From an uncultured Spirochaetales bacterium (GTDB lineage: Bacteria; Myxococcota_A; UBA9160; UBA6930), in NCBI GenBank assembly GCA_964615365.1, contig CAZTOU010000009.1, positions 66,309 through 130,308 of the forward strand: a stretch of 64,000 nt of DNA. The letters run 5' to 3'. The notes beneath the pieces were generated by a model. That model ran no database searches, was not told where the DNA came from, and saw only the letters and a list, made by a program, of their open reading frames with translations. Both the position numbers and the translations under genes were made by a program. Below, piece by piece: positions 46,222 through 54,332 of this stretch. How positions within the stretch are numbered: position 1 is the stretch's first letter; every line of letters starts with the position of its first letter.

Positions 46222-46910
46222 TCGCCGGCCTTGCTCCGGTCCTCCAGCATGTAGCCGACCCCCTTCACGGTGTGGATCAGCTTCCGCTCGAAATCCTGGT
46301 CGACCTTCTTTCGCAGGTGGTTGATGTGCACGTCGATCAGGTTCGAGTAGGTATCGAACCCGTAGCCCCACACCTTCTCGGTGATCATGGTCCGGGAGAT
46401 CGCGTGCCCCTCGTTGCGGAGCAGGTACTCGAGGAGGGAGAACTCCTTGGGCGTGAGCTCGACGGGCCGACCGGAGCGCTCCACGGCGTGGCGCCGCAGG
46501 TCGAGGACGAGATCGGCGACGGCGAGATGTCCGTCGTCGGGCTCCGAGAGGGAGCGCCGGGCCACCGCCTGGATGCGAGCCAGGAGCTCGGCGAAAGCGA
46601 AGGGTTTGACCAGGTAGTCGTCGGCACCCAGGTTGAGGCCCCGGATCCGGTCCGTCACGTCGCCGCGCGCCGAGAGGAAGAGCGCCGGCGTCTGCACGCT
46701 CCTCTCCCGAAGCGAGCGAAGGATCTCGAAGCCATCCGAGTCGGGGAGCATGACGTCGAGGATCAGCAGGTCGAAGGGGTCGCGAAGCGCCCGCTCGACA
46801 CCGCTCTTCGCATCCCCGGCCACCTCGACGGCGTACCCGTGCTCCGAGAGCCCCTTGCGGATGTACTCTCGAGCGGTCGGGTCGTCCTCGATGTAAAGGA
46901 TCCGCAGCAC
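46218..46910 (-). CDS. OmpR-family response regulator (CusR-like)
   Basis: Receiver domain (ILYIEDD...LILDVMLPDSDG) with GADDYLVKPFAFAELLARI, a string characteristic of CusR/CopR-type regulators, plus a winged-helix C-terminus. Confidence 0.9.
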   Translation of the reverse strand: MLRILYIEDDPTAREYIRKGLSEHGYAVEVAGDAKSGVERALRDPFDLLILDVMLPDSDGFEILRSLRERSVQTPALFLSARGDVTDRIRGLNLGADDYLVKPFAFAELLARIQAVARRSLSEPDDGHLAVADLVLDLRRHAVERSGRPVELTPKEFSLLEYLLRNEGHAISRTMITEKVWGYGFDTYSNLIDVHINHLRKKVDQDFERKLIHTVKGVGYMLEDRSKAGE

Positions 46911-47004
46911 CTCGGTTCCTCCCGGCGCTTCCGGCGAGGATTCTCACCGCGTCCGGTGAAGTCCCGGTTAACCCCGGTCAAGTGTGCCGCCTTCCGGGCC
47001 CGCG

Positions 47005-47322
47005 TCACCCCCCTTCGGTTCCCGGGGGGCGCGATGTGGCGGAGGGGCTCCCATCCGCTCCCGCGCGCCGGATCAGCATCAGGTTGCGCACGTAGACCAC
47101 GGAGTTGGGGAGGTAGCCCAGCAGGAAGACCGGCTCCTCCCGGTGGATCGCGTAGATCAGCAGGATCAGGGACCCCACCAGGCTCAGGTACCAGAACGCC
47201 ATGGGGACGTAGCTGCGCCCGGCCCGCTCCGAGGCGACCCACTGGACGAGAAAGCGGGAGAAGAAGGCCGTCTGACCGAGCAGGCCGAAGGCAAGCCAGG
47301 GAAGTGAGTCACTCCATTCCAT
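47005..47322 (-). CDS. Lipid-A-disaccharide synthase N-terminal domain (LAB_N) small membrane protein
   Basis: A 105-aa protein with 3 TM segments and the family motif GQTAFFSRFLVQW...WYLSLVGSLILLIYAI. Confidence 0.75.
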   Translation of the reverse strand: MEWSDSLPWLAFGLLGQTAFFSRFLVQWVASERAGRSYVPMAFWYLSLVGSLILLIYAIHREEPVFLLGYLPNSVVYVRNLMLIRRAGADGSPSATSRPPGTEGG

Positions 47323-47451
47323 GAGAGGGCTCCTGATGCAGAAATCTCAGCGTCTCGGGCGCGCGCACTGTGACGGAGATCTCGACCTCGGGCAAGGGAG
47401 CTCGCGCACTCCGGGAGATCCCCGCGAGCGCGGCAGCGCTCCCGAGAAATC

Positions 47452-47479
47452 TTGACACCCAGGTCCAGATTCTTATTCT
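47452..47479 (+). promoter_or_regulatory. Candidate sigma-70 promoter TTGACA-N16-TATTCT giving a leaderless or near-leaderless Rrf2 transcript
   Basis: A perfect -35 hexamer at 47452..47457 and a -10-like TATTCT at 47474..47479. The ATG at 47487 is only 7 nt past the -10, and no RBS is present. Confidence 0.35.
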
Positions 47480-47486
47480 CTGCCGG

Positions 47487-47957
47487 ATGCAGCTGATGGC
47501 GCAGGAAGAATACGGTCTCCGGTGCCTGCTCGAGCTCTCCCGGCACACCGGCTCGGAGCCGCTCACCATCCACGAGATCGCGAAGGCCGAGGGGCTTTCG
47601 CCAGACTACACGGCGAAGCTGCTTCGCGAGCTCCGCCGCGGGGGGCTGGTGAGGGCCAGACGCGGTGCTGCCGGCGGCTACCGGCTCACGCGTGAGCCGG
47701 AGGAGATCAGTGTCTGGGAGGCCATCGAGGTCCTGGGTGGCTCGTTCTTCCCAGACCAGTTCTGCGACGGCCATCCCGGACGGCAGAGCCTCTGCGTGCG
47801 GGGCTCGGATTGCTCGATTCGCAGCATCTGGCGCCTGGCAGATCAGGCCGTTCGCGACGTCCTCAGCAAGATCACCCTGCGAGACCTGCACCGAGCCGAG
47901 ACGGCCATGGGCGCATGGCTGGAGACGCGCCCCGAACCCTTGCGGAGATCCCAATGA
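47487..47957 (+). CDS. Rrf2-family transcriptional regulator with a 3-Cys cluster-binding motif (IscR-like)
   Basis: Rrf2 wHTH (YGLRCLLELS...LTIHEIAKAEGLSPDYTAKLLRELRRGGLV...RGAAGGYRL) and Cys motif FCDGHPGRQSLCVRGSDCS. Confidence 0.85.
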   Translation: MQLMAQEEYGLRCLLELSRHTGSEPLTIHEIAKAEGLSPDYTAKLLRELRRGGLVRARRGAAGGYRLTREPEEISVWEAIEVLGGSFFPDQFCDGHPGRQSLCVRGSDCSIRSIWRLADQAVRDVLSKITLRDLHRAETAMGAWLETRPEPLRRSQ

Positions 47958-49069
47958 GCCAGACCACCGTGGACCAAGTCCTGGACGCCCTGCGGCCGAT
48001 CATCGACCCCGACCTGGGCAAGAACATCGTCGACCTCGGGTTCGTGAAGAACCTTCGCCTCGACGGATCCAGGGTGTCCTTCACCATCGAGCTCACCACG
48101 CCGGCCTGTCCGGTGAAGGCGGAGTTCGAGCGCGAGGCGAGAGAGCGGGTGCTCGCCCTCGAGGGCGTCGAGAGCGTCGAGGTCCAGATGAGCGCCGCCA
48201 CGCGGGGACGCCCGACCGCGGCGCCCGCGGAGGAGGTCCTGCCCGGGGTGAAGAACACCATCGCGGTCGCCTCGGGAAAGGGCGGCGTCGGCAAGAGCAC
48301 CGTCGCCGTGAACCTGGCGGTGTCGCTTCGCGCGACCGGTGCGAGCGTCGGGCTGATGGACGCGGATGTCTACGGGCCTTCTCTTCCCCTTCTCATGGGA
48401 ATCCAGGATCACCCGGTCGGTGAGAAGAGGGATGGGAAGGAGTGGATCGTTCCCCTCGAGGCCCACGGCGTAAAGGTAATGTCGATCGGCTTCCTCCTCA
48501 CCGAGGACTCGCCGGTGATCTGGCGAGGCCCGATGGTCCACGGGATGATCGGGCAGTTCCTGAGCAACGTCGATTGGGGCGAGCTCGACTACCTGGTGAT
48601 CGACCTGCCCCCCGGAACCGGGGACGCTGCGCTCACGCTCACCCAGCAGGCACCCCTCTCCGGCGCGTTGGTCGTGACGACGGCGAACGATCTCTCGCTG
48701 ATCGACGCGCGGAAGGGCTTGCGGATGTTCGAGAAGGTCAACGTCCCGGTGCTCGGGATCATCGAGAACCTGTCCTACTTCGTCCCACCGGACCTGCCGG
48801 ACCGGAAGTACTACATCTTCGGCGAGGGCGGCGGGAAGCGCACCGCCGACGAGCTCGGCGTCGACTTCCTCGGCGAGATCCCCATCGACCCGCGCGTGGT
48901 CGAAGGCGGAGACACCGGAAGACCGATCGTGACCCACGCTCCGGATAGCCCCACCGCCGAGGCCTTCCGAGCGCTGGTCGGAACGGTTGCGCGAAAGCTC
49001 GCCGTCATCGCGAGCCGCGCCCCCGCGCTCACCGACGCCAACATCGTCTGGTCGGACTCGGAGGAATAA
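47954..49069 (+). CDS. apbC: Fe-S cluster carrier ATPase, Mrp/NBP35/ApbC family
   Basis: ATGA overlap with the Rrf2 stop. N-terminal DUF59/MIP18-like domain (IIDPDLGKNIVDLGFV), deviant Walker A SGKGGVGKST, and a C-terminal ParA-like fold. Confidence 0.9.
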   Translation: MSQTTVDQVLDALRPIIDPDLGKNIVDLGFVKNLRLDGSRVSFTIELTTPACPVKAEFEREARERVLALEGVESVEVQMSAATRGRPTAAPAEEVLPGVKNTIAVASGKGGVGKSTVAVNLAVSLRATGASVGLMDADVYGPSLPLLMGIQDHPVGEKRDGKEWIVPLEAHGVKVMSIGFLLTEDSPVIWRGPMVHGMIGQFLSNVDWGELDYLVIDLPPGTGDAALTLTQQAPLSGALVVTTANDLSLIDARKGLRMFEKVNVPVLGIIENLSYFVPPDLPDRKYYIFGEGGGKRTADELGVDFLGEIPIDPRVVEGGDTGRPIVTHAPDSPTAEAFRALVGTVARKLAVIASRAPALTDANIVWSDSEE

Positions 49070-49173
49070 GCAAGCGCCGAAGGCGCACGCAGTGAGCCGC
49101 AGGCGAACGAAGTTCGATAAGACGGGAGTCCCTTGCCTGCGCGTAGCGAGCCGCAGGCTATCCGGGCGCCCGG

Positions 49174-49881
49174 CTACTGCTTGGCGCCGTGCAGCAGATG
49201 CCGGAAGAGCGGGGGTGCGGGCCCGATCCGCTCGTCGCTCGCTCGGCGCAGGTAGTCGTCGTAGCTCAGATGCTCGAGCGTCACCGCGGAATCGGGCTCG
49301 AAGAACTCGTCGGGTAGCGGGAGCGCGCTGGTCCAGTCCACGTAGTGCTTCACCGCCTCCGCGCCGGTCGAACGCTGCCAGACCTTGAGCTGCAGGGGGA
49401 GCAGCTTCTCGTCCCGGGTAACGCACACCTCCCTCCGCCCCTCCCTGTTGGTGAGGCGGTACCGGTCGCACTTGCGGCCGGCGATGGTGTCCGTCGACAC
49501 CTTCTCGGCACCCTCCGCCTGGAGCATTTCCCCCTCGTTGCCGAAGGGACGGCCGCGCGTCCCGTCCTCGCGGATCGCCGCGGGGCTGCGCTGGATCGAA
49601 ACGCCGGTGTTCGCGAGCCGGTCGATGATGATATACCGCTCACCGTTCACCAGCGTGACGATCGGGAGGCCCCCGATCACGACCTCCGCCCTCTGCTTCG
49701 GCCCCTTGGACCAGAGGTACTCCACGATCAGCGGGGTATCGCCTTCGGTGATCCTCTGGGCGTACCAGGTGCTCGGCGTCTCCTGGGCTGACAACGGTGC
49801 GGACGCCAGCAGCAGCAGCAACGCCGCCCCGTGGATCAGAGCGGACCGGGGAATCTGCGCCGCGAAACTCATTCTCTCCAT
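49174..49881 (-). CDS. Secreted hypothetical protein
   Basis: Signal peptide (ALIHGAALLLLLASAPLSAQE) and GC3-rich codons, with no recognisable domain. Start is the ATG at 49881 or 49872. Confidence 0.6.
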   Translation of the reverse strand: MERMSFAAQIPRSALIHGAALLLLLASAPLSAQETPSTWYAQRITEGDTPLIVEYLWSKGPKQRAEVVIGGLPIVTLVNGERYIIIDRLANTGVSIQRSPAAIREDGTRGRPFGNEGEMLQAEGAEKVSTDTIAGRKCDRYRLTNREGRREVCVTRDEKLLPLQLKVWQRSTGAEAVKHYVDWTSALPLPDEFFEPDSAVTLEHLSYDDYLRRASDERIGPAPPLFRHLLHGAKQ

Positions 49882-49940
49882 CTCTCCACCGCGAGGGCTG
49901 TGGGTGCGCGATGCCGGTGGGGATCTTACCATCCTGGCTG

Positions 49941-50738
49941 ATGCGTACCGCCCTGACCGTAGCGGGCTCGGATCCGACCGGGGGTGCGGGCCTGCAGCTC
50001 GACCTGCAGGTCTTCCGCGCCCTCGGGGTGCACGGCGCAGGTGTGGTGACGGCCCTGACGGTTCAGGACACCGCGAAGGTGCACGAGGTGCTGCCGGCGT
50101 TCCCCTCCGTGGTGCTGAATCAGCTGCGGCGGCTCCTCCTGGACTTCGTCCCCGACGCCATCAAGATCGGCATGTTGGCGAGCGACGACGTACTTCGATC
50201 GGTGGTTCTGGGACTCGAGGTCGTGGAGACCCGAGGGGGGGCTCTTCCTCCCGTGGTCGTCGATCCGGTCCTGACCGCGAGCGACGGCCAGCCGCTGCTG
50301 GAGCGGAGGGCCTGGGGGTCGCTCCAGAGCCTGATCGGCCGCGCGGCGCTGGTGACGCCCAACCTGCCCGAGGCCGAGGCGCTCACCGGCGTCGACACCT
50401 CGAGGCGCGCCGGGGTGGAGACGGCCGCCCGCTACTTCGTCGAGGAGATGGGCGCGGGAGCCGCGCTGGTGAAGGGTGGACATCGGGAAGGCTCGCCGGA
50501 CGATCTCCTGGCGCGGCGCGAGCCGGGCGGAACCACGCTCGACTGGCTCCCCGGCGAGCGCATCGACATCGGCCCCGTCCATGGAACCGGCTGCGCGCTC
50601 TCTTCGGCGATCGCCGCGAGCCTCGCGCGGGGCGACGACCTGCCCCTCGCGGTGGCCCGCGGCCGCGAGTTCGTGAGCGCGGCCCTCCGCCGCGCCGAGA
50701 GCGTGGGGCACGGTGCCCGACTGCTGGTCTTTCCGTGA
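49941..50738 (+). CDS. thiD: Hydroxymethylpyrimidine/phosphomethylpyrimidine kinase
   Basis: ALTVAGSDPTGGAGLQLDL and the C-terminal HGTGCALSSAIAA motif. Start is the ATG at 49941, or 49911. Confidence 0.85.
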   Translation: MRTALTVAGSDPTGGAGLQLDLQVFRALGVHGAGVVTALTVQDTAKVHEVLPAFPSVVLNQLRRLLLDFVPDAIKIGMLASDDVLRSVVLGLEVVETRGGALPPVVVDPVLTASDGQPLLERRAWGSLQSLIGRAALVTPNLPEAEALTGVDTSRRAGVETAARYFVEEMGAGAALVKGGHREGSPDDLLARREPGGTTLDWLPGERIDIGPVHGTGCALSSAIAASLARGDDLPLAVARGREFVSAALRRAESVGHGARLLVFP

Positions 50739-52546
50739 GTAGGGTGGACGCAGCTTCGGCGAGTACCGACCCCCACGCCGAGTACTCGGAGCGGCTCCGC
50801 CGTCGGCGCGAGGCCGAAGCGCACTGGCGCAGGCTCGACCGCAGGATCTCCAACCTGCGCCTGGCGGTCTTTGCCACCATCGCCGTGGTCGCCTGGTTCG
50901 CGTTCGCCGCGGAGACACTGAGCATCGCGTGGGCCGCGCTCCCGATCGCGATCTTCGTCGCCCTGCTGCCGATCCACGATCGCGTGATCCGCTCACGCGA
51001 GCGGGCGGGCGAGGCGGTCGTCCACTACGAGCGCGGCCTCGCCCGCCTCGAGCACCGCTGGTTGGGAAACGGCGAGCCGGGCGAGGTTTTCCGCGACCCG
51101 AGGCATCCCTTCGCCGAGGATCTGGACCTCTTCGGACGCGGCTCGCTGTTCGAGCTGCTGTGCACCGCGAGGACGCGCGCCGGGGAGCAGACGCTGGCCT
51201 CCTGGCTGCGGGAGCCGGCGGATCCCAACACGATTCGCGCCCGACAGGCCGCCGTCGAGGAGCTTCGCCGGAGCATCGATCTCCGGGAAGACCTGGCGCT
51301 CTTGGCCAGCGAGGTTCGGGTGGGACTTCGTCCCGAGGCACTCCGCGCCTGGGGCACCGCGGAGCCGATCCCGCTCTCGTCCGCTCACCGGATCGCTGCA
51401 CCGGTGCTGGTGTCGTTCACCCTCGCCGCGATCCTCGTGGGATTGCTGAGCTCGATCGGCCTGATCCCCGCCCTCTTCGCCCTCTCCGTCCAGATCGGCT
51501 ACGCACTCGTCCTGCGCAGCCGGGTGCGGCGTGTGGTCGACACCGTGGATGCGCCGGGACGCGATCTGAAGCTGTTCTCGGCGCTCCTCGCCCGTCTGGA
51601 ACGCGAACGGTTCCAGGCCCCGCTTCTCGTCGAGCTGCGCGCCGCGCTGGATACCCAGGGGGTCCCCCCCTCGCGGCGCATCGCGAGCCTCCACCGGCGC
51701 ATCGAGCTGCTGGACGCGCGGCGAAACCAGCTCTTCCTCCCCATCGCCCTGCTGCTCCTCTGGACCACCCAGCTCGCACTGGCGATCGAACGGTGGCGCT
51801 CCGTCTGCGGACCGAGCCTCGGCCGCTGGATCGATGCCGCGGGCGAATTCGAGGCGCTCTGCGCCCTCGCGGGCTACGCATACGAGCATCCCGGACACCC
51901 GTTCCCGGAGATCACCGAGGGGGAACCCCACTTCGAGGCACGCGCCCTCGGCCATCCGCTGATCCCGCCCGCCGTCTGTGTCCCCAACGACATCCGGCTC
52001 GGCGGGGAACTTCGCGTGCTGGTGGTGAGCGGCTCCAACATGTCGGGCAAGAGCACCCTGCTTCGAGCCATGGGAACCAACGCGGTGCTGGCTCACGCGG
52101 GGGCTCCCGTCTGCGCCACCCATCTCCGCCTCTCCCCGCTCGCGATCGGCGCTTCGATCTGCGTCCGCGACTCCCTCCAAGAGGGAACTTCCCACTTCTA
52201 CGCCGAGATCACCCGGATGCGTCAGGTAATGGCGCTGGCCGAGTCCCCCGTCTCCACCCTCTTTCTGCTGGACGAGATCTTCCACGGCACCAACTCCCAC
52301 GACCGCGGCATCGGTGCCGAGGCCGTGGTGCGCGGCTTGGTGGAGCGAGGCGCGCTGGGGCTGGTGACGACCCACGATCTGGCGCTCGCCCGGATTGCCG
52401 ACACGCTGGCTCCCCGCGCCGCCAATGTCCACTTCGAGGATCACCTGGAGGAGGGCAAGATCGCCTTCGACTACCGGTTGCGCCCGGGAGTCGTCGAGAA
52501 GAGCAACGCCCTCGAGCTGATGCGCGCGGTCGGATTGCCTGTCTGA
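50735..52546 (+). CDS. Membrane-anchored MutS-related ATPase (MutS domain V paralogue, not canonical MutS/MutS2)
   Basis: GTG at 50735 overlaps the thiD stop (GTGA). It has TM helices near the N-terminus and mid-protein. Walker A GSNMSGKSTLLRAMG, Walker B LFLLDEIFHGTN, and TTHD. No mismatch-binding N-terminal domain is seen. Confidence 0.8.
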   Translation: MSRVDAASASTDPHAEYSERLRRRREAEAHWRRLDRRISNLRLAVFATIAVVAWFAFAAETLSIAWAALPIAIFVALLPIHDRVIRSRERAGEAVVHYERGLARLEHRWLGNGEPGEVFRDPRHPFAEDLDLFGRGSLFELLCTARTRAGEQTLASWLREPADPNTIRARQAAVEELRRSIDLREDLALLASEVRVGLRPEALRAWGTAEPIPLSSAHRIAAPVLVSFTLAAILVGLLSSIGLIPALFALSVQIGYALVLRSRVRRVVDTVDAPGRDLKLFSALLARLERERFQAPLLVELRAALDTQGVPPSRRIASLHRRIELLDARRNQLFLPIALLLLWTTQLALAIERWRSVCGPSLGRWIDAAGEFEALCALAGYAYEHPGHPFPEITEGEPHFEARALGHPLIPPAVCVPNDIRLGGELRVLVVSGSNMSGKSTLLRAMGTNAVLAHAGAPVCATHLRLSPLAIGASICVRDSLQEGTSHFYAEITRMRQVMALAESPVSTLFLLDEIFHGTNSHDRGIGAEAVVRGLVERGALGLVTTHDLALARIADTLAPRAANVHFEDHLEEGKIAFDYRLRPGVVEKSNALELMRAVGLPV

Positions 52547-52927
52547 GTACGGGGACGGAGTTGCCTGTATTGCGCCCCTGATGCCCCGCTCGCGGCCTTG
52601 GATCGTATATCCCCTGTTCATGCTGCCGTGTCAGCCCCATGCTCCGGCATGCCGTGGTGCTTTGCCCGTCTCCCGTGGAGGCGAGAAGGGATCGATCGAA
52701 GCCGGCAGGTTGCCCGCGATCGTCGCAGGTATCATTCCGCCGGATTTGACGTTCCGGAAACGCGGCTTGCGCACCGGGCCCGTTCGGTTGAGAGAAGGGA
52801 AGCCCAGCGAATCCGATCCGGGTTCCGCTTCTTTTCTTTGTGTCTAGCCGGTCAACCAACGATACTATGGCAGCAAGGCAAGAATCAAAAAGGGTCCGCC
52901 AATCATGGCCGTTCTTTGCGGTGCGGG

Positions 52928-54295
52928 ATGATGAGAACCTTTCTGCTCCCCATGACCTGTACACTCCTCCTCTGGCTACCGGGCTGCGGTCTCATGGATT
53001 CCACACGGCCCGTACACCACAGCCACACCAACGTGCTGTTGCTGACCGTCTGCACCTTGAGAGCCGACCACCTGGGGGCCTACGGCTACCCGTACGATGT
53101 CTCTCCCTTCATCGATTCGCTGGCGGAGAAAGGCGTGCTCTTCGAGCGGGTTCTGACCGCAGCGCCCTGGACGCGCCCCTCGATCGCCGCGGCGATCACC
53201 GGGCTCTATCCCCGCACGCTCAACATCGATGAGCCGTCGGCTCGTAGGAATAACCGCGGGCTGCACGGATCCTTCGAAACCCTGGCGGAAGTCCTGAAGG
53301 AGAGGGGATACTACACCGTCGGGATCACGGCCAATCCGAACGTCAATGCGCTCTTCAACTTCGATCAGGGCTTCGACCACTACGAGGACACCGGGGTCTT
53401 GTGGCGCAGCGGATACTCCCACAGGAAGCGCACCGCGCGGAGCGTGGTGGCGAGCCTACTGGAGCGTCTGCGGTCGCGCGAGCGGGCTGGCCGAAAATTC
53501 TTCGCGCACCTGATCCTGGTGGATCTCCACAGACCCTGGTTGGATGCCCTGATTGCCGGACGCTACCCGCAGCTCACCGCCTCCCTGAAGGGCACCCTCA
53601 CCCCGAGCTATGACAGCCAGATACGCTACGTGGATGACGCCATCGCCCATCTGATGAAAGAACTCGATCCGCTGGACCGCGAAGACACCCTCGTGATCGT
53701 CACCTCGGATCACGGAGAGGGCTTCGGCCGTTTTCACAGCGACGACATCGAACACGGCTTGCCCCTGTACAATTCGACGATCTGGGTTCCCCTCATCTTC
53801 CATCATCCCGCCCTGGAAGATGTGAGCGGCCGCCGCACACCCCTTACGGAAACAACCGGCCTCATGCCCACCCTCCTGGACCTGCTTCAGATCGACCATT
53901 CCCCGCTCGAGAACGGAGGAAGATCGTTCAAACCGACGGTCTACGCCTCATCCGCGGATCCGCCCTTGTCCCTATCCGTGACGGAGACTTGCTTGAAGGG
54001 CGCATACAAGAGCGCGCTTCTGCGATCGGGCTGGAAATTGATCAACACCTACAGACCCGCCGATCGCCACGAGGATGCCCAACAGGTGGAGAAGCAGGAA
54101 CTCTATCGATACGAGGAGGATGGCAACGAGACCCGGGACCTTGCAGCGCAGGAACCGGAGCAGGTGAGAACGATGTCCGAACTCCTGCACCGGTGGCATG
54201 CGGCCCACAACCGGAACATCGAGACGAGATTGCCGGGAGCCGCCATAAGCTCCCAGACCAGGGATGACCTGGAAGCCTTGGGCTACGTCGAATAG
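52928..54295 (+). CDS. Sulfatase-fold (alkaline-phosphatase superfamily) lipoprotein
   Basis: ATG at 52928, lipobox LWLPGC, VLLLTVCTLRADHLGAYG and SDHGEGFG blocks. The FGly site reads PWTRPSIAAAITGLYP (Thr and Ile replace Cys and Arg). Confidence 0.85.
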   Translation: MMRTFLLPMTCTLLLWLPGCGLMDSTRPVHHSHTNVLLLTVCTLRADHLGAYGYPYDVSPFIDSLAEKGVLFERVLTAAPWTRPSIAAAITGLYPRTLNIDEPSARRNNRGLHGSFETLAEVLKERGYYTVGITANPNVNALFNFDQGFDHYEDTGVLWRSGYSHRKRTARSVVASLLERLRSRERAGRKFFAHLILVDLHRPWLDALIAGRYPQLTASLKGTLTPSYDSQIRYVDDAIAHLMKELDPLDREDTLVIVTSDHGEGFGRFHSDDIEHGLPLYNSTIWVPLIFHHPALEDVSGRRTPLTETTGLMPTLLDLLQIDHSPLENGGRSFKPTVYASSADPPLSLSVTETCLKGAYKSALLRSGWKLINTYRPADRHEDAQQVEKQELYRYEEDGNETRDLAAQEPEQVRTMSELLHRWHAAHNRNIETRLPGAAISSQTRDDLEALGYVE

Positions 54296-54332
54296 CCCTG
54301 CTCTGGGTGTACGGCTCGAAAGTAGTCGTACG

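Noticed and set aside
49070-49173. Nested hairpins (GCGCC-gaa-GGCGC, CGAAC-gaa-GTTCG, CGCAGGC...GCCTGCG, palindrome CCGGGCGCCCGG) between convergent genes, as possible bidirectional intrinsic terminators or an sRNA.
   Set aside because: The stems are short (5-7 bp) and none is followed by a T/U tract on either strand. In GC-rich DNA such stems arise readily. It is possibly a weak terminator but unsupported.
49882-49940. TPP riboswitch expected upstream of thiD, and likewise upstream of thiE at 27541.
   Set aside because: The thiD leader is under 60 nt and lacks the CUGAGA/ACCUGA TPP-box elements. thiE has no leader at all because its start overlaps the preceding stop.
52868-52880. TGGCAGCAAGGCA upstream of the sulfatase gene as a possible sigma-54 (-24/-12) promoter for the NtrC-like activator in the window.
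   Set aside because: The GG and GC elements are spaced 3 nt too close compared with TGGCAC-N5-TTGC. I found no convincing sigma-54 promoter in any intergenic region.
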